A stretch of 64,000 bases of DNA. Source: an uncultured Actinomycetota bacterium. GTDB lineage: Bacteria > Actinomycetota > Actinomycetes > Propionibacteriales > Nocardioidaceae. The stretch spans positions 2,331-66,330 of the forward strand of contig CAVRKT010000022.1 of NCBI GenBank assembly GCA_963721965.1. Direction: 5' to 3'. Of the stretch, positions 1-11,943 are shown in pieces. Every line of letters starts with the position of its first letter. Position 1 is the stretch's first letter. A program made the position numbers and the translations under genes. The notes below the pieces were generated by a model. That model worked only from the letters and a program-made list of their open reading frames with translations, searched no databases and was not told the origin of the DNA.

Positions 1-1
1 G

Positions 2-178
2 CTCACCGGCATCGACTTCGAGGACGACGGCGCGCTGCGGTTCGCCGGGGTGCCGGTGGGCTACGAGGTGGGCTACCTGGCGTGCGACTTCGAGGTCGTG
101 GGGTCCTTCGGCGACGCGTGCGCCAGCCCGCTCGGCGTCCTGACCTCCACCGTGAAGCTCGACAGCACCGTGTCCTGA
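2..178 (+). CDS. 3' end of a hypothetical protein running in from the left edge
   Basis: Open frame with strong GC3 codon bias (LTGIDFEDDGALRFAGVPVGYEVGYLACDF...TVKLDSTVS*), ending at TGA 176-178. No family recognised. Confidence 0.55.
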   Translation, partial: LTGIDFEDDGALRFAGVPVGYEVGYLACDFEVVGSFGDACASPLGVLTSTVKLDSTVS

Positions 179-232
179 ACCGGCTCCATCGCGCCCGCGC
201 AAACCCGGGCGCGCTCGCCCGGTAGCGCTCGT

Positions 233-238
233 TACGAT
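233..238 (+). promoter_or_regulatory. -10 element (TACGAT) of a probable leaderless thrS promoter
   Basis: TANNNT hexamer 7 nt upstream of GTG 246, with no Shine-Dalgarno. Confidence 0.55.
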
Positions 239-245
239 CGCGAGC

Positions 246-2234
246 GTGTCCGAACTCAACGTCGTCCGTGTCCATGCCGCGCAGCGCGAGGACCGCAACG
301 TCACGACGGGCACCAAGGCCTGGGAGCTGTTCACCGACGACGCCGACGTGATCGCCGCCCGGGTCGGCGGCGACCTGCGGGACCTGTCCTACGAGCTCGC
401 CGACGGCGACGAGGTCGAGGGCGTCGCCGATCGACAGCCGCGACGGCCACGACATCCTGCGGCACTCCACCGCGCACGTGATGGCGCAGGCCGTGCAGGA
501 CCTCTTCCCGGACGCGAAGCTCGGCATCGGGCCGCCGGTCGAGAACGGCTTCTACTACGACTTCGACGTCGAGATCCCGTTCGTGCCGGAGGACCTCGAG
601 AAGATCGAGACCCGGATGCGCAAGATCATCAAGGAGGGCCAGCGGTTCTCCCGGCGGGTCACCAGCGACGCCGACGCGCTGGCCGAGCTGGCGCACGAGC
701 CCTACAAGCTCGAGCTGATCGGCCTCAAGGGGTCCGGCCAGGGTGAGGACGCCGCCGAGGGTGCCGCCGTCGAGGTCGGCGCCGGCGAGCTCACCATCTA
801 CGACAACGTCCGCCGCGACGGCGAGGTCGCCTGGAGCGACCTGTGCCGCGGCCCGCACCTGCCCACCACCAAGCGGATCCCGGCCTTCAAGCTGATGCGC
901 TCGGCGGCGGCGTACTGGCGCGGCGACGAGAAGAACAAGATGCTCCAGCGCATCTACGGCACCGCCTGGGAGTCCAAGGACGCGCTGGCGGCCCACCTCG
1001 ACCACCTCGCCGAGGCCGAGCGCCGCGACCACCGCAAGCTCGGGCGCGACCTCGACCTCTTCTCCTTCCCCGACGAGCTCGGCTCCGGCCTGGCGGTGTT
1101 CCACCCCAAGGGCGGCGTCATCAAGCGGGTCATGGAGGACTACGTCCGGCAGCGGCACATCGAGGAGGGGTTCCAGTACGTCGGCACCCCGCACATCACG
1201 AAGGAGCAGCTCTTCCGCACCAGCGGGCACCTCGACTTCTTCGAGGAGAACATGTTCCCGCCCATGGAGCTCGAGGGCGTGCGCTACTTCGTGAAGCCCA
1301 TGAACTGCCCCATGCACAACCTGATCTTCAAGGCCCGCGGGCGGTCCTACCGCGAGCTGCCGCTGCGACTGTTCGAGTTCGGCGGCGTCTACCGGTTCGA
1401 GAAGTCCGGCGTCGTCCACGGCCTCACCCGGGTGCGCGGCATGACCCAGGACGACTCGCACTCCTACGTGACGGCCGATCAGGCGCCCGCGGAGATCAAG
1501 CACCTGCTCGACTTCTGCCTCGAGCCTGTTCCGCGACTTCGGCCTCGACGACTTCTACCTCGAGCTGTCGACCCGCGACGAGGGCAACCCGAAGTTCGCC
1601 GGCACCGAGGCGGACTGGGAGTCCGCCACGAAGGTGCTCTCCGAGGTCGCCGAGGACTCCGGGCTCGAGCTCGTCCCCGACCCGGGCGGCGCGGCGTTCT
1701 ACGGCCCGAAGATCTCGGTTCAGGCGCGCGACGCGATCGGCCGCACCTGGCAGCTCTCGACCATCCAGTACGACTTCAACATGCCGGCGCGGTTCGAGGC
1801 TGGAGTACCAGGCGGCCGACGGCAGCCGGCAGCAGCCGCTGATGATCCACTCGGCGAAGTTCGGGTCGATCGAGCGGTTCTACGGCGTCCTGCTCGAGCA
1901 CTACGCCGGCGCCATGCCGCCATGGCTCTCGCCGGTGCAGGTGCAGGGGATCCCGATCGCCGAGCGGCACCACGACTACCTGCGCGACATCGCCGCGCGG
2001 ATGACGTCGCAGGGGCTGCGGGTCGAGGTCGACGACTCCGACGACCGGATGCAGAAGAAGATCCGCAACGCGCAGCTGCAGAAGGTGCCGTTCATGGTGA
2101 TCGCCGGCGACGACGACGTCGCGGCCGGGGCGGTCTCGTTCCGCTACCGCGACGGCCACCAGGAGAACGGCGTGCCCGTCGACGACGCCATCGCGCGGGT
2201 CACGGCTGCGGTCGCGTCGCGCGAGCAGGTCTGA
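246..2234 (+). CDS. thrS: Threonine--tRNA ligase (split by apparent indel errors)
   Basis: [49 protein letters not shown] and FGSIERF motifs occur across consecutive frames. Confidence 0.97.
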
Positions 2235-2345
2235 GGCCATCGCGTCGAGTGGTGCTCGCCGACGACGTCGGCCCCCCGTCGCGCCATCCGGCACGTGAGC
2301 GTCCGGGTGAAGCCCTCCGGTTGAGGAGTGTGCTGGGCTGGAGGC

Positions 2346-2816
2346 ATGCCCCGCTCCATCGCCACCGCCGACCACGTCGACCGCGACGCCCTCCTCGACT
2401 TCGCCCGGGAGCGCCACCACTACGTGCTGCTCACCAAGCGCCGTGACGGCAGCCCGCAGATCAGCCCCGTCACCGGCGGCGTGGACGACGAGGGCCGGCT
2501 CGTCATCTCGACCTACCCCGAGCGCGCCAAGACCAACAACGCCCGACGCGACGCCCAGGTGTCGGTGCTGGTGCTGAGCGACGACTTCGACGGCGCCTGG
2601 GTGCAGGTCGACGGCACCGCCGAGGTGATCGACCCGCCGGACTCCGTCGAGCCGCTGGTCGACTACTTCCGCGCGGTGGCGGGGGAGCACCCCGACTGGG
2701 AGGAGTACCGGCAGGCGATGCGCGACCAGGGCAAGTCGCTGATCCGCGTCACCCCGCTGCGTTGGGGTCCGATCGCGACCGGCGGCTTCCCGCCCCGGCT
2801 GGCCGACGACGCCTGA
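2346..2816 (+). CDS. PPOX-class (pyridoxamine 5'-phosphate oxidase-like) probable F420-dependent oxidoreductase, Rv1155-like
   Basis: [29 protein letters not shown] and [12 protein letters not shown] motifs; GGAGG-like sequence just before ATG. Confidence 0.85.
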   Translation: MPRSIATADHVDRDALLDFARERHHYVLLTKRRDGSPQISPVTGGVDDEGRLVISTYPERAKTNNARRDAQVSVLVLSDDFDGAWVQVDGTAEVIDPPDSVEPLVDYFRAVAGEHPDWEEYRQAMRDQGKSLIRVTPLRWGPIATGGFPPRLADDA

Positions 2817-2872
2817 CGTCTCACCGGCGCAGGTGGAGCGCTCGCCACCGACGACCCGGTAGGACGGAGGCA

Positions 2873-4458
<1,586 letters not shown>

Positions 4459-4468
4459 GGTAGCGAAA

Positions 4469-4527
4469 GTTACTGTCACGTAACGTCACAGACACTATTT
4501 ACTCGCAACACCACGTCGCACTAACGT
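4469..4527 (+). promoter_or_regulatory. AT-richer regulatory region with GTnAC pentamer array and -10 TAACGT (leaderless start at 4535)
   Basis: GTTAC-T-GTCAC-GTAAC-GTCAC-A-GACAC at 4469-4495; TAACGT at 4522-4527 is 7 nt before ATG. Confidence 0.45.
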
Positions 4528-4534
4528 GCGGCGC

Positions 4535-5485
4535 ATGACGCAGACCTTCGACGAGCGACTGCAGACCCTGTCGGAGGCGTCGGTGCACCAGCACTTCGAC
4601 GCCTTCCTCGACATCGACTGGGACCACCCCGACCTCGCTGTCGATCCCACCGACGAGCGCTGGGTGCTGCCGGCGAGCGATCCGCTCGGCCGCCATCCCT
4701 GGTACCGCGGGCTCCCGCGGGGCGAGCAGATCCGGATCGGGCTCTACCGCCAGGCCAACGTCACGAAGGTCGGGCTGCAGTTCGAGCAGGTGCTGATCGC
4801 CGGGCTGATGATGTACGCCAACAAGCTGCCCAACGGCTCCGCCGAGTTCCGCTACGCCACCCACGAGGCGACCGAGGAGTGCCACCACACGCAGATGTTC
4901 CAGGAGTTCGTGAACCGCTCGGGTCAGGACGTCCCGGGCGGGTCCCGGCTGTTCCGCGCGCTGGGCCCGGTGCTGCCGCTGGCCGCCCGGGTGGCGCCGT
5001 ACGGGTTCTTCTACGGCGTGCTCGCCGGCGAGGAGCCGATCGACCACCTGCAGAAGTCGATCCTGCGCGGCGGCGACCTGCACCCGCTGCTGCGGCGGAT
5101 CATGCAGATCCACGTGGCCGAGGAGGCCCGCCACATCGGCTTCGCGCACGAGTACCTGCAGCACAAGGCCCCGCGCCTCAAGCGCCACGAGCGCGCCGTC
5201 CTCTCGGTGGTCGTGCCCGTGGTGATGCGCTGGCTGTGCGACGAGATCCTCGTGCCCAGCGCTCAGGCCCGCCGCGACATGGGCCTCCCGAAGCAGGTCG
5301 TCAAGGACCTCTACTGGGACCGTCCCGAGTCGCAGAAGGTGCTGCGCGACCTGTTCGGCGACGTCCGGATGCTCGCCGAGGACACCGGGATGATGAACCC
5401 GGTCTCCCGGCGGGTCTGGCGGCTGCTCGGCATCGACGGTCGGCCCTCGCGGTACCGCGGCGAGGTCGCCTCCGCCGCCGCGTAG
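4535..5485 (+). CDS. AurF-family ferritin-like diiron oxygenase
   Basis: Diiron ligand motifs GLQFE, EATEECHHTQMF, GEEPID and HVAEEARH; resembles mycobacterial Rv0885-type proteins. Confidence 0.88.
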   Translation: MTQTFDERLQTLSEASVHQHFDAFLDIDWDHPDLAVDPTDERWVLPASDPLGRHPWYRGLPRGEQIRIGLYRQANVTKVGLQFEQVLIAGLMMYANKLPNGSAEFRYATHEATEECHHTQMFQEFVNRSGQDVPGGSRLFRALGPVLPLAARVAPYGFFYGVLAGEEPIDHLQKSILRGGDLHPLLRRIMQIHVAEEARHIGFAHEYLQHKAPRLKRHERAVLSVVVPVVMRWLCDEILVPSAQARRDMGLPKQVVKDLYWDRPESQKVLRDLFGDVRMLAEDTGMMNPVSRRVWRLLGIDGRPSRYRGEVASAAA

Positions 5486-5515
5486 GCGAGCCGGACCCCA
5501 GCGGAAGACAGCACC

Positions 5516-6976
5516 GTGCCGTACGTCGTCACCCAGGCCTGCTGCGCCGACGCCTCGTGCGTCGTCGCCTGCCCGGTCAACTGCATCCACCCGGCGCCGG
5601 GGGAGCCCGGCTTCGCCGAGGCGGAGATGGTCTTCGTCGACGCCGCGGCGTGCGTCGACTGCGGTGCCTGCGCCACCGCCTGCCCGGTCGACGCGATCAA
5701 GCCGCACACCACGCTGACGCCGGCCGAGGAGCCGTTCGTCGCGCTCAACGCCGCCTACTACGAGTGCTTCCCGCACCGCGACCGCGCACCGCTGGCCCCG
5801 GCGCCCCCACAGCGGCGGTCGCAGCGCACCGGCCCGATCCGGGTCGCGGTCGTCGGGGCCGGACCGGCCGGGCTCTACACCGCCGACGAGGTGCTGCGGC
5901 ACCCCGGTGCCAGCGTCGACGTCTACGACCGGCTCCCGGTGCCGCACGGGCTGGTGCGGTACGGCGTCGCGCCCGACCACCCGCTGACCCGGCGGGTGCA
6001 GCGGCTGTTCGGGCAGATCGAGCGGCAGCCCGGGTTCCGCTACCGGCTGGGCGTCGAGGTCGGCCGTGACGTCACCCTCGCCGAGCTCGAGCGGGAGTAC
6101 GACGCCGTCGTCTACGCGGTCGGGGCGGCGTCCGACCGCCGGCTCGGGATCGCGGGGGAGGACCTGCCCGGCTCGCTCGCCGCCACCGACCTCGTGGCCT
6201 GGTACAACGGCCATCCGGAGCGCCACGACCTCGCGGTCGACCTCGGTCACGAGCGGGCGGTGGTGGTCGGCTCCGGCAACGTGGCCCTCGACGTCGCCCG
6301 GATGCTGACCCACGACGCGGCCGCGCTGGCCGCCACCGACGTCGACCCCGGAGCGCTCGCCGTCCTGGCGGGCAGTCGGCTGCGCGAGGTGGTGCTGCTC
6401 GGTCGCCGGGGCGCCGAGCACGCCGCGTTCACGTTGCCCGAGGTGCTCGGGCTCGTCGGCCTGGTCGACGACGGGCGGCTCGACGTCGTCGTCGACACCG
6501 GCGGAGCCCCGGTCACGGGCAGCGACGCCCGTGCCGACCTGCTGCGCGACCTCGCCGCCCGCGCGCCACGACCCGGTCTGCGTCGGGTCGTGCTGCGTTT
6601 CGGCACCCGCCCGGTGCGGCTGCTCGGGCCGGGCCGGGTCACCGGTGTCGAGGTGGAGCGGGCGGGTCGCACCGAGACGCTGCCGGCCGGGCTGGTCGTG
6701 CGGGCGATCGGCTACCACGGGCAGCCGGTGCCCGACCTGCCGCACGACGCCGTCACCGGCACCGTGCCGCACCGGGCGGGCCGGGTGCGCCCGGGCGTCT
6801 ACGTGGTCGGCTGGGCCAAGCGCGGACCCCGCGGCTTCATCGGCACCAACAAGTGGTGCGCCCAGGAGACGGTGGCCTCGCTCCTCGACGACCTGGACGG
6901 ACTCACCGCCCGGCGGGAGGGGGCCGCGCCGATACGCTTCGAGGACCACCGGGAGAGGACCGGCTCGAGCAGATGA
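5516..6976 (+). CDS. fprB: FprB-type ferredoxin--NADP+ reductase with N-terminal 4Fe-4S dicluster domain
   Basis: CCADASCVVACPVNC and CVDCGACATACP ferredoxin motifs; GAGPAG FAD motif; GLVRYGVAPDH; GSGNVALD; GWAKRGPRGFIGTN. Confidence 0.88.
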   Translation: MPYVVTQACCADASCVVACPVNCIHPAPGEPGFAEAEMVFVDAAACVDCGACATACPVDAIKPHTTLTPAEEPFVALNAAYYECFPHRDRAPLAPAPPQRRSQRTGPIRVAVVGAGPAGLYTADEVLRHPGASVDVYDRLPVPHGLVRYGVAPDHPLTRRVQRLFGQIERQPGFRYRLGVEVGRDVTLAELEREYDAVVYAVGAASDRRLGIAGEDLPGSLAATDLVAWYNGHPERHDLAVDLGHERAVVVGSGNVALDVARMLTHDAAALAATDVDPGALAVLAGSRLREVVLLGRRGAEHAAFTLPEVLGLVGLVDDGRLDVVVDTGGAPVTGSDARADLLRDLAARAPRPGLRRVVLRFGTRPVRLLGPGRVTGVEVERAGRTETLPAGLVVRAIGYHGQPVPDLPHDAVTGTVPHRAGRVRPGVYVVGWAKRGPRGFIGTNKWCAQETVASLLDDLDGLTARREGAAPIRFEDHRERTGSSR

Positions 6977-6982
6977 GGTGAC

Positions 6983-7663
6983 ATGGCCGCGACCGCGCAG
7001 CGCGACGGCCGTCAGGCGCGCTGGGAGGGCCACAACCGCGAGCGCCGGCGGACCATCCTCGAGGCCGCGCTCGTCGTCCTCGAGTCGGCGCCGCCGGGCA
7101 CGGAGTTCCACGTGCAGCAGATCGCCGAGCAGGCCGGACTGAACCGCACCGTCGTCTACCGCCACTTCACCGACCGCGCCGACCTCGACCGCGCCGTCCG
7201 CGCCCACGTCCTCGACGGACTCGCCGCCGAGCTGCTGCCGCACATCACCCTCGACGGCACGGTGCGCGAGATCATCCGCCGCATCGTCTCCACCTACGTC
7301 GACTGGGTGGTCGCCCACCCGTCGCTGCACCGGTTCGCCGACCAGGAGGGCGCCGGGCCGCTGCAGCACGGCATCGCGCAGATCGCCACCACGCTGGTGC
7401 AGCTGCTCGAGACGGCCGTCGACCTGCTGGGCGTGCAGCTCGACGCCGACGAGCGCGCCTCGATCGACCCGCTGGCCCACGGGCTCGTCGGGGCCGTGCT
7501 CGGCGCGGTGCGGCCGTGGGTCGCGCGCGAGCAGCAGGTGCCGACGGCGGCCCAGCTGTCCGACCTGCTGAGCGACTCGGTGTGGTTCATCCTCGACGGC
7601 CACGCCCGCCGGCTCGGCCTGACCATCGACCCCGACAAGCCGCTCGCGGAGCTGGTGGGATGA
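6983..7663 (+). CDS. TetR/AcrR family transcriptional regulator
   Basis: DGRQARW lead-in and HTH (VQQIAEQAGLNRTVVYRHF). Confidence 0.9.
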   Translation: MAATAQRDGRQARWEGHNRERRRTILEAALVVLESAPPGTEFHVQQIAEQAGLNRTVVYRHFTDRADLDRAVRAHVLDGLAAELLPHITLDGTVREIIRRIVSTYVDWVVAHPSLHRFADQEGAGPLQHGIAQIATTLVQLLETAVDLLGVQLDADERASIDPLAHGLVGAVLGAVRPWVAREQQVPTAAQLSDLLSDSVWFILDGHARRLGLTIDPDKPLAELVG

Positions 7664-8199
7664 CGCACTCGCAGGACGGCGTCGGCGAGCCCGACGACCT
7701 CGACCGGCTCTGGACGCCGCACCGGATGGCCTACATCCGCGGCGAGAACAAGCCGGTCGACGCGACGTCGGGGGAGTGCCCCTTCTGCCGGGTGCCCGCC
7801 CTCGACGACGGCGAGGGGCTGGTCGTCCGCCGGGGCCGGGTGGCGTTCGCCGTCCTCAACCTCTACCCGTACGCGCCGGGCCACCTCATGGTCTGCCCGT
7901 ACCGCCACGTGGCCGACTACACCGACGTCACCGACGAGGAGGTCGTCGAGATCGCCGACCTCACCCGGGAGGCGATGCGCACCATCCGCGCGGTCTCCGC
8001 GGCGGGCGGCTTCAACCTCGGCATGAACCAGGGCCACATCGCCGGCGCCGGCATCGCCGCCCACCTGCACCAGCACGTCGTGCCCCGCTGGCCCGGCGAC
8101 CAGAACTTCATGCCCATCATCGGCCGCACCAAGACGCTGCCCGAGCTGCTCACCGACACCCGCGCGTTGCTCGCGGACGCCTGGGTCGCCGGTGGTTGA
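7660..8199 (+). CDS. HIT-family protein (Ap4A phosphorylase-like, Rv2613c type)
   Basis: RLWTPHRMAYI, CPFC, NLYPYAPGHLMV and HLHQHVVPRW motifs; ATGA overlap with the TetR stop. Confidence 0.92.
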   Translation: MTHSQDGVGEPDDLDRLWTPHRMAYIRGENKPVDATSGECPFCRVPALDDGEGLVVRRGRVAFAVLNLYPYAPGHLMVCPYRHVADYTDVTDEEVVEIADLTREAMRTIRAVSAAGGFNLGMNQGHIAGAGIAAHLHQHVVPRWPGDQNFMPIIGRTKTLPELLTDTRALLADAWVAGG

Positions 8200-8389
8200 G
8201 TGCCGGTAGGTCCACGGCGACGGGGGCCGGGTCCGGGGTCGGTGGGTGTGCCGTTTGGTCCCCAACGGCACGTCTGAGGCCGGAAATGTTGTCGTCTGGT
8301 CCCAAACCGCAACCAAACCGACCGTAGGTACGGACGGAGGGGGCGTGGCCGACTCGGCCGCGAGGGTGAACGCCCGCCCTCCCGCCGCC

Positions 8390-8472
8390 CTTGTGGACGT
8401 GACCAACAAACCCGGCCCGTCCGGACTATTGCCACGCGGGGGTCTCGTCCCTATGTTGTGGCAAGCAACATA
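8390..8472 (+). promoter_or_regulatory. Sigma70-type promoter overlapped by putative ROK operators
   Basis: TTGCCA (8429-8434)-N17-TATGTT (8452-8457). Palindrome TATGTTG-N7-CAACATA (8452-8472) and a related CTTGTGG-N7-CAACAAA (8390-8410). Confidence 0.65.
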
Positions 8473-8540
8473 TAGGTGACGGCGGTCACAGGACCACCGT
8501 CACCGAGCAGCCCAGCCAACGGACGAAGGAGATCGGGCGC

Positions 8541-9688
8541 ATGACGAGGTCAAGGTGGAGCGGAGTGGCGCGGACAGCAGCGCTGGCCGCAGTGGGGGTC
8601 CTGGCGAGCGCGACGCTCGCGGCCTGCGGGGACGACCCGAACGCGCCCGGCGGGGGCGGCGGCGGAGACAGCGAGGGTGGTGGCTCGGTCGGCGTGATCC
8701 TGCCCGACGCCGAGACCTCTCCCCGGTGGGAGAACAACGACCGACCCAGCCTGGAGAAGGCGTTCGACGGACGCCGACATCGAGGCCGACATCCAGAACG
8801 CGCAGGGTGACACCGGCACGTTCGGTCAGATCTGCGACAGCATGATCAACAGCGGCGTCAAGCGTGCTGATCATCGTCAACCTCGACTCCGACTCCGGCG
8901 GCGGCGTGCCTGAAGAAGGCCGCCGACGCCGGCATCCAGAGCATCGACTACGACCGCCTCACCCTCGGCGGCGGCGCGTCGTACTACGTGTCCTTCGACA
9001 ACGTGCAGGTCGGCGAGCTGATGGGGCAGGGCCTCGATCGACTGCCTCGACGCCCAGGACAAGGCCGACGGCCAACATCGTCTACGTCAACGGTGCGGCC
9101 ACCGACAACAACGCGGCCCTGTTCAAGGAGGGCTACGAGAAGGCGCTCGCCGACGAAGATCGACGGCGGCGACTACAAGCTGGTCGGCGACCAGACGCGG
9201 CGAGTGGGACGCCACCACGGCCGGCACGGTCTTCGAGCAGATGTACACCGCAGAACGACGGCAAGATCGACGGCGTCGTCTCGGCCAACGACACGATGGC
9301 CGGCGGCATCATCGCCCGGCTGCGCGCCAACAGCGTCAACGGCCAGGTGCCGGTCACCGGCCAGGACGCCTCGATCGAGGGTCTGCAGAACATCCTGTCC
9401 GGGCGACCAGTGCTGACGGTCTACAAGAACACCAACCTCGAGGCCGAGCTGGTCGCGAAGCTGGCGATCGCGCTGATCAACGGCGACAAGGACGAGGCCG
9501 ACTCGCTGGTCACCGGCACCGTGCCCGACACCGAGACCGGCGAGGACGTGCCGTCGGCGCTCGCCGAGCCGGAGACGATCACGATCGAGAACGTCTCCAC
9601 CCCGGTCGACGACGGCTTCGCCGACGCCGCCGAGCTGTGCGCGGGCGACTTCGCCGCACTGTGCAAGGAGAACGGCATCACGCCGTAA
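8541..9688 (+). CDS. Sugar ABC transporter substrate-binding lipoprotein, XylF/ChvE-like (indels)
   Basis: Lipobox LAAC; ILPDAETSPRWE, YVSFDN, ATDNNA, ANDTMAGG and VTGQDA motifs; SD AAGGAG. Confidence 0.9.
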
Positions 9689-9710
9689 CCCTGGTTCAGC
9701 GCTCCACACT

Positions 9711-9747
9711 CCCGGCCGGGTCGCGGCACACCCGCGGCCCGGCCGGG
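9711..9747 (+). terminator. GC-rich hairpin after the substrate-binding gene (terminator or mRNA-stabilising stem)
   Basis: CCCGGCCGGGTCGCGG-CACAC-CCGCGGCCCGGCCGGG. Confidence 0.6.
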
Positions 9748-9797
9748 TCCCCACGCACGACCTGTCGACCCGCCCCTGACCTCGAGGAGTCCCGCCC

Positions 9798-10631
9798 GTG
9801 TCTGTCGACGCACCCGAGTCCCCGCCGCCCGCCCGGGCTGCCGGGGCCGAGATCGAGCCGCTGCTGAGCCTGCGCGGCGTCGAGAAGAGCTTCGGCGCCG
9901 TCCACGTCCTGAGGGGCGTCGACCTCGACGTCCGGCCCGGGCCGGGTCACCGCACTCGTCGGCGACAACGGCGCGGGCAAGAGCACCCTGATCAAGGGGA
10001 TCGCCGGCATCCACTCCTTCGACGCCGGCGACTACCCCTTCGAGGGGCGGCCGGTCTCGGTGTCCAGCCCCCGCGACGCCAGCGCCCTCGGCATCGAGGT
10101 CGTCTACCAGGACCTCGCGCTGTGCGACAACCTCGACGTCGTCGACAACATGTTCCTCGGCCGCGAGCTCAAGCGCCGCGGCATGCTCGACAACGACTCC
10201 ATGGAGGAGCGGGCCCGCGAGACGCTCGACGGCCTCTCGGTGCGCACCCTGCAGTCGGTGCGCACGCCGGTGGCCTCGCTCTCCGGCGGCCAGCGGCAGA
10301 CCGTCGCGATCGCCCGCGCCGTGCTGTGGAACTCCCGGATCGTCATCCTCGACGAGCCCACCGCCGCCCTCGGCGTCGCGCAGACCGAGCAGGTGCTCGC
10401 GCTGGTGCGGCGGCTCGCCGACAAGGGCCTCGGCGTGGTGCTGATCAGCCACAACCTCAACGACGTCTTCGAGGTCGCCGACGACATCGCGGTGCTCTAC
10501 CTCGGCCGGATGGTCGCGCAGATCGACGCTCGACTCGGTCACCCGCAACCAGGCCGTCGAGCTGATCACCGCCGGCCGGTCCGAGGACCTCGGCATCGAC
10601 CGCCGCGACCGACCCGGAGGCATCGCTGTGA
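9798..10631 (+). CDS. Sugar ABC transporter ATP-binding protein (indels)
   Basis: GDNGAGKSTL, VYQDLAL, LSGGQRQ, ILDEPTAALG and LISHNL motifs. Confidence 0.9.
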
Positions 10632-11939
10632 GCACCGACCACCACGCCGGACGCCACGCCGTACAGCCCGGGCGACGCGCTCGCCGCCGCCCGGTCGAGC
10701 TCGGCGAGCATGGGCGACGTCGTCCGCGCCTACCTGGTCAAGCTGCGCGGCGGCGACGTCGGCTCGCTGCCGGCGATCCTCGGCCTCGATCACGCTGGTC
10801 GATCGTCTTCTCCAGCCTGCGGCCCTACAGCTTCACCAACTCGTTCAACTTCGCCAACCTCATCAACCAGTCGGCCGGCGTCGTGGTGCTCGCGATGGGC
10901 CTGGTCTTCGTGCTGCTGCTGGGCGAGATCGACCTGTCGGCCGGGTTCGCGGGCGGGACGGCGGCCGCCGGGTGCTGGGCTGGGCGATGACCCAGCAGGG
11001 CTGGCCGCTCATCCCGGGCATCCTCGTGTGCTCGCGGTCGGCGCCGCCATCGGCCTGGCCATCGGCCTGCTGGTGGCCAAGCTCGGCATCCCGTCGTTCG
11101 TGGTCACGCTGGCCGCGTTCCTCGCACTCAAGGGCGTGCTGCTGAAGGTGGTCGGCGAGGGCAAGACGATCAGCTACCGCAACGACAAGATCCTCGCCCT
11201 CAACAACGACCAGCCTGCCGATCTGGCTCGGCTGGACCCTCGCCGTCGTCGGCGTCGCTGGCCTTCGCCGGCCTCGACCTTCGTCCGCAACGCGCGCCGC
11301 CGCCGTCGCGGTCTGGCCGTCCGAGCCCATGTCTGCTGTGGGCGATCAAGACGTTCCTGCGTCGCGGTCCTCGTGCTCGCCGCCGTCTACTACCTCTCGC
11401 GTCGAGCGCAGCCGTGGCAACCCGGACCTGCCGAACTTCGTCTCGCTCAAGGGCGTCCCGACGGTGCTGCTGGTGATCGTGATCCTCGCGGTCGTGCTGA
11501 GCCTGCTGCTGTCGGCCACCTCGTGGGGCCGGCACGTCTACGCCGTCGGCGGCAACACCGAGGCGGCCCGCCGGGCCGGGCATCAACGTCACCTGGATCA
11601 AGCTCAGCTGCTTCATCATCTGCAGCACCACCGCCGCCCTGGCCGGGGTGCTCATCGCCAGCCGCGACAACGGCGTCAACGGCGACACCGGTGGCGAGCA
11701 GACCCTGCTCTTCGCGGTGGGCGCCGCCGTGATCGGCGGCACCAGCCTCTTCGGCGGCAAGGGCCGGGTCACCGACGCGATCATCGGCGGCCTGGTGATC
11801 GCCGTCATCGACAACGGCATGGGCCTGCTCGCAGCAGCCCCCGAGCAACGTCCAGATCGTCACCGGCCTGGTGCTGCTGCTCGCGGCCAGCGTCGACGCG
11901 ATCAGTCGTCGCCGGAGCAAAGCCTCAGGCGTGGGCTAG
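10628..11939 (+). CDS. Sugar ABC transporter permease, XylH-like (many indels)
   Basis: LLLGEIDLS, IPSFVVTLA, GRHVYAVGGN and AAVIGGTSLFGGKG motifs. Confidence 0.88.
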
Positions 11940-11943
11940 CACG

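Noticed and set aside
8248-8271. GTGCCGTT...AACGGCAC hairpin in the HIT-sugar transporter spacer as an ncRNA/riboswitch
   Set aside because: Only an 8-bp stem with no recognisable aptamer; at most a weak terminator.
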